Source: a virus (lineage: Duplodnaviria > Caudoviricetes). From it: a stretch of 64,000 bases of DNA. Within the stretch, counting starts at the first letter, position 1; the number at the start of each line of letters is the position of its first letter. Position numbers and translations under genes: made by a program. The DNA lies in the IMG/VR virus record IMGVR_UViG_3300038345_000076, positions 1 to 64,000 of that record; one strand, given 5' to 3'. Below, in pieces: positions 19,850-28,209 of this stretch. Below the pieces are notes generated by a model. That model was not told where the DNA came from. It searched no databases and saw nothing but the letters and a program-made list of their open reading frames with translations.

Positions 19850-19867
19850 ACATTACAAAGATAAAGT
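19850..19867 (+). repeat. Recombination site B2
   Basis: agtcACATTA-CAAAGA-TAAAGT; 15-bp perfect inverted repeat (ACATTACAAAGATAA) with B1. Confidence 0.88.
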
Positions 19868-20415
19868 GGCAGGATTTACCCGACTTTGACCTTCTGAGTT
19901 ATTCCACGCCTTGCCAGAGTATCAGCCAGGCAGGGTTGCAACATGGCTTTACTGAAGGCAGCGGTACGAGGTCGAGCATCATCTGGAATGTGCGAGACTG
20001 CGTAAAGGCTAAAAGACCAAAGTTTCTGATGTTAGAGAACGTGAAGGCAATGGTCAGCAGCAAGTATGTCGGATTGTTCAATGTCTGGCAGCGAGAATTG
20101 GAGAAGTTAGGATATGCCAATTTCGGTCAAGTGCTAAATGCTAAAGATTTTGGTGTTCCTCAGAATAGAGAGCGCATTTTTCTTATTAGCATAAGGATAG
20201 ACGATACAGAGCCGAAGTATTTCTTTCCAGAGCCGAGACCTCTGGAGGTGTGCCTCGCAGATGTCCTTGAAGAAGAGGTTGACGAGAAGTATTTCCTCAG
20301 TGACGAAATGCTTGCAAGGTTCTGTGAGAAGAGTCTGGAAGAAGAGAATGAAACTGTACCAGAATCGCAGGAAGATGGCGAAACCGACTTTGAAGACTTC
20401 TTTGTTGCTCAGTGA
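19852..20415 (+). CDS. Cytosine-C5 MTase catalytic part (motifs IV-VIII); lacks its start in this orientation
   Basis: YSTPCQSIS (IV), LMLENV (VI), GVPQNRERIF (VIII). Confidence 0.9.
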   Translation: MTKIKWQDLPDFDLLSYSTPCQSISQAGLQHGFTEGSGTRSSIIWNVRDCVKAKRPKFLMLENVKAMVSSKYVGLFNVWQRELEKLGYANFGQVLNAKDFGVPQNRERIFLISIRIDDTEPKYFFPEPRPLEVCLADVLEEEVDEKYFLSDEMLARFCEKSLEEENETVPESQEDGETDFEDFFVAQ

Positions 20416-20544
20416 CGATGTGATTGTGGCAGGACGTATCAGTTCGTCTCAAGACGGGATAGTTGTTATGGGGGGGGTATTTCCCCATGCCATACAGCAG
20501 GACACGGAAACTGCCCGAAAATTGTGGTCATTATCGAGAATTAA
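20348..20544 (+). CDS. TRD mini-gene M1 (frameshifted at G8; start uncertain)
   Basis: ...DDVIVAGRISSSQDGIVVM-(G tract)-GISPCHTAGHGNCPKIVVIIEN*. Confidence 0.6.
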
Positions 20545-20677
20545 GCCGCAGAATGTTTGTCAAGGTGGAGTTGCCTGTACTCTTAATACAAGATATGAAA
20601 ATGCGGCGATCAAAGACTATATCAGTTTGAGACACTATCCCCAAACTTGCGTGATGTATGTTTTTGAAACATTGTAA
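20522..20677 (+). CDS. TRD mini-gene M2
   Basis: ...RIKPQNVCQGGVACTLNTRYE...CVMYVFETL*. Confidence 0.6.
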   Translation: MWSLSRIKPQNVCQGGVACTLNTRYENAAIKDYISLRHYPQTCVMYVFETL

Positions 20678-20833
20678 ATTACCCCCCCCAATCGTCTTAT
20701 TGGACTTCCAACCACAGCAGATGGGATAGCACCGACGATTACAGCAGTCTATGAGACTACGGGGCCTGCAAATATGATAAGTGTAGCCCATTATCCGAAA
20801 ATGGGTATCGGAGTAATCTATGAAACAGAGTAA
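20664..20833 (+). CDS. TRD mini-gene M3 (frameshifted at C8)
   Basis: TTG-KHCKL-(C tract)-NRLIGLPTTADGIAPTITAVYE...GIGVIYETE*. Confidence 0.6.
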
Positions 20834-21011
20834 ACTAACTGGTGGCAAGCGATTCCAGAAATGGATTGAGAAAGGCGACCTTCCAAATGGGGGGGGGTAT
20901 TTTATCGACATTTACAATCAGATGTATAACAAGCAGGGAATCGCAGGTACTATACATACAAGAATCAACGATGGAAACTATTGGTGGGTCACACAGGTTG
21001 TTGAGACGTAA
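20820..21011 (+). CDS. TRD mini-gene M4 (G9, in frame)
   Basis: ...KQGIAGTIHTRI...WVTQVVET*. Confidence 0.65.
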   Translation: MKQSKLTGGKRFQKWIEKGDLPNGGGYFIDIYNQMYNKQGIAGTIHTRINDGNYWWVTQVVET

Positions 21012-21165
21012 TTTTGCCCCCCCCAGAATTTTACCATTGAATCCGATGCCAGACGGCACTTGCAGGACATTGAAAGCAGTTTACTATAAAACAGGCAGAA
21101 TCAATTTCCAATATCACAATGATTGGGGAACTACTGGAGTAGCAGTTGTGTATGAGACAGATTAG
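21001..21165 (+). CDS. TRD mini-gene M5 (C8, in frame)
   Basis: ...LNPMPDGTCRTLKAVYYK...GVAVVYETD*. Confidence 0.65.
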   Translation: MRRNFAPPRILPLNPMPDGTCRTLKAVYYKTGRINFQYHNDWGTTGVAVVYETD

Positions 21166-21307
21166 GAATATCTATTACGGGTGGTCGAGAAATGCCAAAG
21201 GTGAGATTGACAACTGGTACAAATGCGATATATCAAACTCTATCACAACTTTTGTCGGTGGTGGATGGAACACTTCACCCAAAGTAGCTGTAGTCTATGA
21301 AACGTAG
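21152..21307 (+). CDS. TRD mini-gene M6
   Basis: MRQIRNIYYGWSR...DISNSITTFVGGGWNTSPKVAVVYET*. Confidence 0.65.
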   Translation: MRQIRNIYYGWSRNAKGEIDNWYKCDISNSITTFVGGGWNTSPKVAVVYET

Positions 21308-21461
21308 GGACAAGGTGATACAGTGTGGCTATTTGTTCTTTACAGATAGCAATTCACAGGCATGGAGGGTATATGACAAGTACGGGATTTCACCAACACT
21401 TGATTGCTGTAGCGGTGGAAACAGACAGCCAAAGATCTTGGTTGCTTATGAGACGGAGTGA
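21297..21461 (+). CDS. TRD mini-gene M7
   Basis: MKRRDKVIQCG...RVYDKYGISPTLDCCSGGNRQPKILVAYETE*. Confidence 0.75.
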   Translation: MKRRDKVIQCGYLFFTDSNSQAWRVYDKYGISPTLDCCSGGNRQPKILVAYETE

Positions 21462-21603
21462 TAAGATTATTATTGTTGGAAATGTGTGGAATAGTAGGCA
21501 AAACGGCAGCGTATTGGACGTAAGAGGCATTTCGCACTGCATTACCATTGGTCAGCATTCAGGTACAGAACCTAAGATTAGAGTAGTCTATGAAAACGAT
21601 TAA
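21448..21603 (+). CDS. TRD mini-gene M8
   Basis: MRRSDKIIIVGN...VLDVRGISHCITIGQHSGTEPKIRVVYEND*. Confidence 0.7.
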   Translation: MRRSDKIIIVGNVWNSRQNGSVLDVRGISHCITIGQHSGTEPKIRVVYEND

Positions 21604-21754
21604 GGCTATTGGTTGTGCAATCCGAGGCCGTTCAAAAGGAGAATGGCATAATAGTGAACACAGGCAGATGCTTGAAATGAACTCAGACCGCTTCAGCAAT
21701 GCAGTCAGTACAGTTCAAAAGGATTTTATGGTAGCTATGCTTTATGAAACATGA
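21590..21754 (+). CDS. TRD mini-gene M9
   Basis: MKTIKAIGCAIRGR...QMLEMNSDRFSNAVSTVQKDFMVAMLYET*. Confidence 0.7.
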   Translation: MKTIKAIGCAIRGRSKGEWHNSEHRQMLEMNSDRFSNAVSTVQKDFMVAMLYET

Positions 21755-21890
21755 TTATATTGTTTTAGCTCTTGGAAATTGGAGCGATTGGCAGGATGAT
21801 AGAGTATTTGACACCGAAGGTATCAGCATTACCTTAGACACTAACTGTAGTAAGAGACCATTACTAAGGATTATAAATGAAACTGATTGA
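21744..21890 (+). CDS. TRD mini-gene M10
   Basis: MKHDYIVLALGNW...DRVFDTEGISITLDTNCSKRPLLRIINETD*. Confidence 0.7.
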   Translation: MKHDYIVLALGNWSDWQDDRVFDTEGISITLDTNCSKRPLLRIINETD

Positions 21891-22071
21891 TGTGCGACGT
21901 ATATCTCGTACAAGAACGGCAGAAGAGAGATTGAGGCGGCATTTGTACGGAGAGACGGGTGCAACCTTTTCAAAGGGCAAGTACATGACTTTGGGCGGTC
22001 ATGTGATGGGTACAATAACTACATTCATCAATAAGGATAATCTTGTTGCGGAAATTTATGATACTATCTGA
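21877..22071 (+). CDS. TRD mini-gene M11
   Basis: ...RTRTAEER...VMGTITTFINKDNLVAEIYDTI*. Confidence 0.65.
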   Translation: MKLIDVRRISRTRTAEERLRRHLYGETGATFSKGKYMTLGGHVMGTITTFINKDNLVAEIYDTI

Positions 22072-22201
22072 TGCTAAGAACGGAGCAAAACGGATGCGTG
22101 ATCACAAGATGGTATTTGAATGTGGTAATGAAAGTTTTTGCAATGCGCTGACACAAAATATAGATCATAGTTTAATAGTTTTACTATATGAAACAGAATA
22201 G
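22058..22201 (+). CDS. TRD mini-gene M12
   Basis: MILSDAKNG...SFCNALTQNIDHSLIVLLYETE*. Confidence 0.6.
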   Translation: MILSDAKNGAKRMRDHKMVFECGNESFCNALTQNIDHSLIVLLYETE

Positions 22202-22730
22202 AGTTTTTCACAGACAAGTTCGTGTTGTTTACAGGGCTTGCAGAAGACTTTACGGGAAAGAACGGACGCAGGATGAATGCCTAAAGTTATTTAAGATAAT
22301 CTTTCCTGAGTATTACAAAGCCAAAAATTCTAATGAGAAATACAAACAACTATCGGATGAATCTTATAATAAGTTGAATGCTTTGCTTTCAACGTGGATT
22401 CCAGAAGATGGTGCTTTGCATGATGTGATATGCTATACTCTCAATGAAGCAGATAGATGTATGTTACGTGAAGAGTTCTTGCAATTCTGTGAGGACATCA
22501 TGCCAGTTGTGATGCGTATAAGGAAACTTACACCGAGGGAGTGCTTTCGCTTGATGGGCGTTTCAGAGCCAGACATTGACAAGATGCTGAACAGCGGGAT
22601 ATCGAACAGTGCTTGCTATCGGCTTGCAGGCAATTCAATAGTAGTCGATGTAATGGTAGCTTTGTTTGATAAATTATTAGTCAATACGGAGGAAGAAAGA
22701 AAATTTGGAACTCAATTAACCCTTTTTTGA
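22188..22730 (+). CDS. Cytosine-C5 MTase C-terminal subunit (motifs IX-X)
   Basis: RIRKLTPRECFRLMG (IX), YRLAGNSIVVDV (X). Confidence 0.88.
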   Translation: MKQNRVFHRQVRVVYRACRRLYGKERTQDECLKLFKIIFPEYYKAKNSNEKYKQLSDESYNKLNALLSTWIPEDGALHDVICYTLNEADRCMLREEFLQFCEDIMPVVMRIRKLTPRECFRLMGVSEPDIDKMLNSGISNSACYRLAGNSIVVDVMVALFDKLLVNTEEERKFGTQLTLF

Positions 22731-22731
22731 T

Positions 22732-23298
22732 ATGGAAGAAGAATGGAAAGCCGTAAAAGGTTACGAGGGTAAATATGAAGTATCTTCTACAGGACTTGTC
22801 CGCTCTATAGGGAATTATTATCCGATTCGTGGTGGTGGGCAACAGTTTAGGGATGGTAAGATATTAGCGCAGCGTATGATGTCTAATGGCTATGTTAGCG
22901 TATGCCTCAGTAGAAATCATAAAACGAAAACAAAATATGTTCATCGTTTAGTCGCAGAAGCATTTGTGGCGAATCCTTTTCAATATGGAGAGGTAAACCA
23001 TAAAGACGAGGATAAAACTAACAATAGTAAGGAGAATTTGGAATGGTGCAGTCATTTATATAATATAAACTACGGAAATTGTCGTGCGAAAATAAGTTCA
23101 TCAAGACGTAAAAGTCCACTAATAGGGGAAAAAGTATCTCAATACACATTAGACGGAAAATATATAAAGACATATAAATGTGCGCAAGATGCCGGAAGAG
23201 AAACTGGGTGTGACCCATCGGCAATAAGGAAATGCTGTAATAGAAAAAAGAAATTTAATACTGTTCATGGTTTTATTTGGAAAAATGCGGATATGTAG
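22732..23298 (+). CDS. NUMOD4-HNH-NUMOD1 homing endonuclease
   Basis: EEWKAVKGYEGKYEVS, VHRLVAEAF, VNHKDEDKTNN..NLEWC. Confidence 0.9.
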   Translation: MEEEWKAVKGYEGKYEVSSTGLVRSIGNYYPIRGGGQQFRDGKILAQRMMSNGYVSVCLSRNHKTKTKYVHRLVAEAFVANPFQYGEVNHKDEDKTNNSKENLEWCSHLYNINYGNCRAKISSSRRKSPLIGEKVSQYTLDGKYIKTYKCAQDAGRETGCDPSAIRKCCNRKKKFNTVHGFIWKNADM

Positions 23299-23356
23299 AA
23301 GAGAGATAACTATAAAATAATAAATGTGAGTTAAACTCATAAAAACTATACTAATT

Positions 23357-23713
23357 ATGAAGAATCTGTTATTTGATGATTTCCGGCAATGGCGTGTATG
23401 CCTTTGGTCTGGAGTATGTAAAGCCGCATGGGGGCTGTTGAGAATACTTACTTGTATCATCTTTGGTATTGTGAGTATAATAGCTTACTGCTTCAAGCAG
23501 ATAGGTGCTTTCTGTAAGCGGGAGTTTATCGCGTCACTTATCATCGGTGTTCTGTTTGTTTTGCTTGTGGCTGGTTGGCTGACTACTTTCATGTCAGAAC
23601 GTGCGCACCGTGTCAATGCGGAAATGCAGCGTGATCGACTGAGTTATGAACTTGATTCTGTCAAGCTGTTGTCGCCAGTAAAGAACCATTGGAGTAAAGA
23701 CGATGAAGACTAA
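23357..23713 (+). CDS. Membrane protein
   Basis: Two hydrophobic segments. Confidence 0.65.
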   Translation: MKNLLFDDFRQWRVCLWSGVCKAAWGLLRILTCIIFGIVSIIAYCFKQIGAFCKREFIASLIIGVLFVLLVAGWLTTFMSERAHRVNAEMQRDRLSYELDSVKLLSPVKNHWSKDDED

Positions 23714-23900
23714 GGACGGTCAATATTACTATGCGCCACATCGCAGGCAGTGGGGTGTCTGGCAGTATCACGATCATGGTAATGGCTATGGCAGTGGTAC
23801 TTTTGTCAAAGACCTGCCGACGAAAGAAGATGCGAGGAAAGAGGTTTACAGGCTTAATGGATGGTCGCTATAATATAGCGACATACTGAACAAAAGGAGT

Positions 23901-24215
23901 ATGAAACAGAAATATAAGAAACAGAACAGTCCGAGGCTTGCAAATGCGATTAGGCGAGCTTGTGGGTATGCCCACTGTCATAGTGGTTGGTGGTATGCAT
24001 TCCGTTCAGACGATTTGGGAAGGTTGATTTATGACTTTGCTTACAAGGCAGACAAGTATGATGTGTTGAACAGGCTTTGTCCTGGCGCACAGACAAGTAT
24101 CGTAACTTTTGCCAGAGGGGACATCAGGCATCGTAAACGGATTGACCTTGCTGAAATGTTGGCTATGATTGCTGTCGCTATTGTCGCAGTAATCTTGATG
24201 CTCAGTCCTGAATAG
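23901..24215 (+). CDS. Hypothetical protein with C-terminal TM segment
   Basis: 104-aa ORF. Confidence 0.55.
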   Translation: MKQKYKKQNSPRLANAIRRACGYAHCHSGWWYAFRSDDLGRLIYDFAYKADKYDVLNRLCPGAQTSIVTFARGDIRHRKRIDLAEMLAMIAVAIVAVILMLSPE

Positions 24216-24275
24216 GATGCGGAATCAGGTGATAGACTAATTATTGATAATCATATAAACAAAAGAGAGAAATCT

Positions 24276-24557
24276 ATGTCACATTTATCAAGACGTTACA
24301 CCGAACACTTCTATGTGGAAGGTGCAAAAGGGAAGTTGGAGAAGAAAGATGTGTTGCATCTTAATTCACCGAAGTATATCAGAATGCAGCAAGCGCAAGG
24401 AATTGTCGCACAGCCGTATGAAATGCCTAATGCGGTATTTCCCTGTCAGCATGAAGAGCGTGGCTTTGTCTCTGCGAAAGGTAAAAAGAGCAACCGCACT
24501 CATGCCCGTTACAAGCGCAGGAACAAGGCTCGTATCAGAGCGAGAAAAGCAAAGTAA
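24276..24557 (+). CDS. Basic hypothetical protein
   Basis: 93-aa ORF. Confidence 0.55.
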   Translation: MSHLSRRYTEHFYVEGAKGKLEKKDVLHLNSPKYIRMQQAQGIVAQPYEMPNAVFPCQHEERGFVSAKGKKSNRTHARYKRRNKARIRARKAK

Positions 24558-24583
24558 ACAACCAATTTAAACATTTAGGAATT

Positions 24584-25087
24584 ATGGCAAATTTAAGAAA
24601 TCGATCAGGCTTCTGGATGGAAGCAACGTTAATTTTTAACGAAACAAATGAAAAGGGTATTACAAAGGAAGTTCGTGAGCGTTATGCTGTGGAGGCTGCA
24701 TCGTTTATAGACGGTGAAAAGAAACTCCGCGACGAACACAACTATGCCAACCGCCCCATCAAGCGCGTTGACGGTATGATACGCCCGAAGTATGGTACTA
24801 TCTGTTTCAGCGACGATGCAACTGCCGAGTCGTTCTATAAGGTGAAAGTCGTGATCACTGAAGAGATTGAGGTGAAGACCCGCAAGGGGGGTGTTCGCAC
24901 CAAGACCAAGGCTGTGTCTCACTTCCATCTGGTACAGGCACCGAGTGTTGAGGCCGCACGTAAGGCAGTTGTAGATGTCGTTTACAAGGACAGCAATGCC
25001 GACTACGAGATTGCCGACGTGGTGAAGACCCGCATCCTCGACGTGCTGGAGAATGACAAGCACCTGAAAAAGAAGGACGAAGAGTAA
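24584..25087 (+). CDS. DUF4494-like protein
   Basis: ERYAVEAASF, FYKVKV, HLVQA, YEIADVVKTRILDV. Confidence 0.75.
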   Translation: MANLRNRSGFWMEATLIFNETNEKGITKEVRERYAVEAASFIDGEKKLRDEHNYANRPIKRVDGMIRPKYGTICFSDDATAESFYKVKVVITEEIEVKTRKGGVRTKTKAVSHFHLVQAPSVEAARKAVVDVVYKDSNADYEIADVVKTRILDVLENDKHLKKKDEE

Positions 25088-25165
25088 AGGACTGCAACAC
25101 GGTTGCAGCATACGTAACATTTAGCCCTGCCTCTTTTGTGGAGGTGGGGCTTTATTTTTCAGACT

Positions 25166-25660
25166 ATGAAGAAATATAAGAAATATGTTATTACGTTGTC
25201 TCAGGTGTTTCCTGTGACTCATTGCAGGTCGGGCGAAGAAACGGGGTTCAAGGATAAGTTCCTTGCTGCCATCGGTGAGGAAGTTGGTGACTGGCTTAAA
25301 CTCCATACCATCAGAGCCAACTACGATCTTTGGAAGAAACGTTTTGAAGAGATTGAGGCTGGCAGGGCTTGTCTCTGCATCCGGCAATGGAGTGGTAAGC
25401 CATATTGTTCCAAACAAGTAGAGATTGCGAGACTTACCCGTGAAGACGGCATAGGCTTGCAGGAACTACGAATCGTTAATGAAAAATATAAAGGACGGGG
25501 TATTATGCTTGGCTACGTTGATGGAGAGCAAAAAAATGACTTCTTTCATACCTTATCCCAAAACGATGGGCTTAGTTTCAATGATTGGCTTGAGTGGTTT
25601 AAAGGTTATAACTTTAACAAACCATTGGCCATAATTCAGTTTACGAATTTCCGCTATTGA
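25166..25660 (+). CDS. Conserved Bacteroidales phage protein
   Basis: KLHTIRANY..W, RQWSGKPY.SKQ, NDGLS..DWLEWF. Confidence 0.7.
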   Translation: MKKYKKYVITLSQVFPVTHCRSGEETGFKDKFLAAIGEEVGDWLKLHTIRANYDLWKKRFEEIEAGRACLCIRQWSGKPYCSKQVEIARLTREDGIGLQELRIVNEKYKGRGIMLGYVDGEQKNDFFHTLSQNDGLSFNDWLEWFKGYNFNKPLAIIQFTNFRY

Positions 25661-25799
25661 CGATGGTTTCTATTCAAAAAGACAAGAAGGGCTGTTGCTA
25701 TTTCATTTCTCATAAACGATGTGGAATAACTGAAGGTACATTCTTTACGCTGGATGAATTGGTAGAAATAAGAGATTTAATAAACGAGATTGTAAAGAA

Positions 25800-26195
25800 A
25801 TGAGTGGAGGATATTGGGACAATCAGCAGTGGCACATTAGCAACATTGCTGACGGTATTGAGCAGGAAGTCATAACGATTGGCAAGCCTATTCCGAAGAA
25901 TAGATGGAATCGCAATGAAAGGCAGGAATATGAGGAAACTCATAAACAGCCTATGAACTACGCTTATCCAGAATCGACTTTGCGCAGGATGGAGGAAGCC
26001 GTGTATGCTCTAAAACGTGCCGCCATATATGCACAGAGAGTTGACTATCTATTATGTGGTGACGATGGTGAGGAAAGTTTTGAAGAAAGACTTCAGAAGG
26101 AACTTGAGGAACTTGACTCTAAATCGAAGATGGGTGAGAATGGCGTAATGTACTACGTTATTGACAGGTCGAAAGACCCTTACGAAGACTATTAA
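25800..26195 (+). CDS. Hypothetical protein
   Basis: MSGGYWD...DYLLCGDDGEESF. Confidence 0.65.
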   Translation: MSGGYWDNQQWHISNIADGIEQEVITIGKPIPKNRWNRNERQEYEETHKQPMNYAYPESTLRRMEEAVYALKRAAIYAQRVDYLLCGDDGEESFEERLQKELEELDSKSKMGENGVMYYVIDRSKDPYEDY

Positions 26196-26206
26196 AACTT
26201 ACAATT

Positions 26207-26431
26207 ATGTTTGAAACAACTCTTTTCTATGCAGTAAACCGTAGCGGCCAAGGTTGTATCTTCATGGAAGAGCCGAGGCGTGACACCGTGTTTGAAAGAT
26301 GGGTTGGAGAGTATCATCCAAGCGTAACTCTTACCATTGACAGAATGACAGCGTTGGGATTCGTGTTGCCTAAACTTTCGTGGCCAGACGAGCCAGTTAA
26401 AATCAAACTTACGTTGAATTATGAAGCATAA
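26207..26431 (+). CDS. Hypothetical protein
   Basis: 74-aa ORF. Confidence 0.55.
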   Translation: MFETTLFYAVNRSGQGCIFMEEPRRDTVFERWVGEYHPSVTLTIDRMTALGFVLPKLSWPDEPVKIKLTLNYEA

Positions 26432-26876
26432 CTATCTTGTCTCTGTCTTTGTTGACGGACGAAATGTGGATTCGTATTTCTCAGAGAATCTTGATGACTT
26501 GGTGACGATAAAAGCCATGCACAAAGGCTGTGAGATTAGCATATTTGACCTGCGTAATAATGTCAAGATGACACAGGAGCAGGTTCTTGTTGAGATCAAG
26601 AAGAGTGGTGAGCGGTGGAAGAAGTCGATGGAGAAACCTGTTGAAACCTCGACTGGTACTGTGGTGAAAAAGAAGAAAAAGCGCGAGAAAGTGAATAAGT
26701 TCTGGGAGCGACCAGTGCGTTGTGTCGAGACGGGGCAGGTATTTTCCACCATTCGCAAATGCAGCAATTACTTCAAGATTTCATACAAGTCTATATGGAA
26801 CGCTATTAACAGTGGTAGAGCCAGACACGGGTTGCATTTTGAGAGCGTAAAAAAAGATAAGGATAAGACTGAATAA
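26421..26876 (+). CDS. Protein with C-terminal NUMOD1-like HTH
   Basis: PVRCVETGQVFSTIRKCS. Confidence 0.6.
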   Translation: MKHNYLVSVFVDGRNVDSYFSENLDDLVTIKAMHKGCEISIFDLRNNVKMTQEQVLVEIKKSGERWKKSMEKPVETSTGTVVKKKKKREKVNKFWERPVRCVETGQVFSTIRKCSNYFKISYKSIWNAINSGRARHGLHFESVKKDKDKTE

Positions 26877-26994
26877 AACAATAAAAAAATGAAAGACGAA
26901 AAGACAATGTACCCGTACTTTTCGGAGTGGATGCCGATTGGTGATGGTTGCTGTACTACAGCAGCATACGGGACGATAGAGAAAGGAGATTATT

Positions 26995-27702
26995 ATGGAT
27001 AAGCAGCATGTGATTCCTAATTCTTTGCGATGGTTTTCATTAGAGAATTATCATGGCGAAATTTGGAAGGAAGTTGTTGGCTACGAAAAATATTACGCAG
27101 TTAGTAATTATGGGCGAGTAAAATCTTTAAAACGTTTTGTTCCTGTAACCACGCTTGACGGTAAGACTTATTTACATCCATATAGAGAAAAAATAATGAA
27201 ATGTATAAAGGATAGATTAGGCTATCTTACTGTTGATCTTCGGTGTTTAGGAAAAAGAAAAACATTTAAGATACATCGTTTGGTGATGCTAAATCATGTT
27301 CCAAATCCGAATAATTACCCAACAATCAACCACATAGATGAAGATAAGACAAACAATATTGTCACTAACTTAGAATGGTGTACGGTTTCCCACAATATAA
27401 CTTGGGGTGAAGGTCATAAACGAAGGTGCAAAAGTTTTATAAACAATAATAGATCTAAAGTTGTATTTCAATATGACGAAAAACTAAATTTTATAAAAGA
27501 ATATCCTTCTGCAGCAGAAGCAGAACGACAAACAGGTATATCAGGCAGAACGATTCGTTGTGTCTGTGATTTGAGATTACTATATGCAGGTGGTTATATC
27601 TGGTTACATAATAAATCTGATTTAGAATTTTGGAAAAATAAAAAGAAAAATGCGAAAAGAAATGGAAGATACAAAAAAAACAGAGCAACTAAGTTTGTAT
27701 GA
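26995..27702 (+). CDS. NUMOD4-HNH homing endonuclease
   Basis: EIWKEVVGYEKYYAVSNYGRVKS, INHIDEDKTNN..NLEWC. Confidence 0.9.
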   Translation: MDKQHVIPNSLRWFSLENYHGEIWKEVVGYEKYYAVSNYGRVKSLKRFVPVTTLDGKTYLHPYREKIMKCIKDRLGYLTVDLRCLGKRKTFKIHRLVMLNHVPNPNNYPTINHIDEDKTNNIVTNLEWCTVSHNITWGEGHKRRCKSFINNNRSKVVFQYDEKLNFIKEYPSAAEAERQTGISGRTIRCVCDLRLLYAGGYIWLHNKSDLEFWKNKKKNAKRNGRYKKNRATKFV

Positions 27703-28117
27703 CTTACGGATTGGAGATTACATACAAGAATGGAGAGAAATACCAGGAGTTTTCTCTATGCCTATGTATGTAAGTTGTATTTTTGATGATGGTGACTTGT
27801 ATCTGAACTTTGACGGTAATGAAGCAGACCCGTGGGATGCCAACGTGAAAGATGTGTATGACATACCGATAGACTGGGGAATATTGCCGCATTTCGGGTT
27901 CTTTGAGGAAGACCACCACTTGTTTGAGTTGGAGCAAGGTGACTGGATGGTTATGGTTCATGTTTTGAAGATTTGCAATATTTTCCATGCTAACGTGATG
28001 CTGTCAAATAAGATGAACGGCAAGGCTGTTCTTCTTGGTTGTGTTTACTCTATCCGTGAACTCCAGCACAAATTCTACGACGAGACCAAAGAGCCGTTGA
28101 AGCTGACTTTTGAGTAG
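27662..28117 (+). CDS. Hypothetical protein
   Basis: DLRIGDY...PID..IL..FGF...ELQH. Confidence 0.6.
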   Translation: MEDTKKTEQLSLYDLRIGDYIQEWREIPGVFSMPMYVSCIFDDGDLYLNFDGNEADPWDANVKDVYDIPIDWGILPHFGFFEEDHHLFELEQGDWMVMVHVLKICNIFHANVMLSNKMNGKAVLLGCVYSIRELQHKFYDETKEPLKLTFE

Positions 28118-28157
28118 GCCATATTTTAATGGTTTTTAGTTATATATAAGTTGTTTG

Positions 28158-28197
28158 GCGCAGTTTGTAGGGGTGTCTCCCTGCGACTGCGCTTTTT
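28158..28197 (+). terminator. Intrinsic terminator
   Basis: GCGCAGT...ACTGCGC followed by TTTTT. Confidence 0.55.
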
Positions 28198-28209
28198 GAT
28201 TGAGAGACG

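Noticed and set aside
19768-19851. TTG start for the C5 MTase catalytic ORF
   Set aside because: This stretch is the antisense of the inverted N-terminal coding segment, and the product would lack SAM-binding motif I.
20415-22201. Degraded pseudogene, CRISPR array or DGR variable repeats
   Set aside because: There are no nucleotide direct repeats of CRISPR length, no reverse transcriptase, and no template/variable repeat pair. The uniform +1 overlaps and conserved termini are too regular for decay.
23864-23882. Palindrome GTCGCTATA-A-TATAGCGAC as the partner of site E1
   Set aside because: It shares TCGCTATAAT with E1 but lacks the ACATTA arm on either side. It may be an operator or a coincidence.
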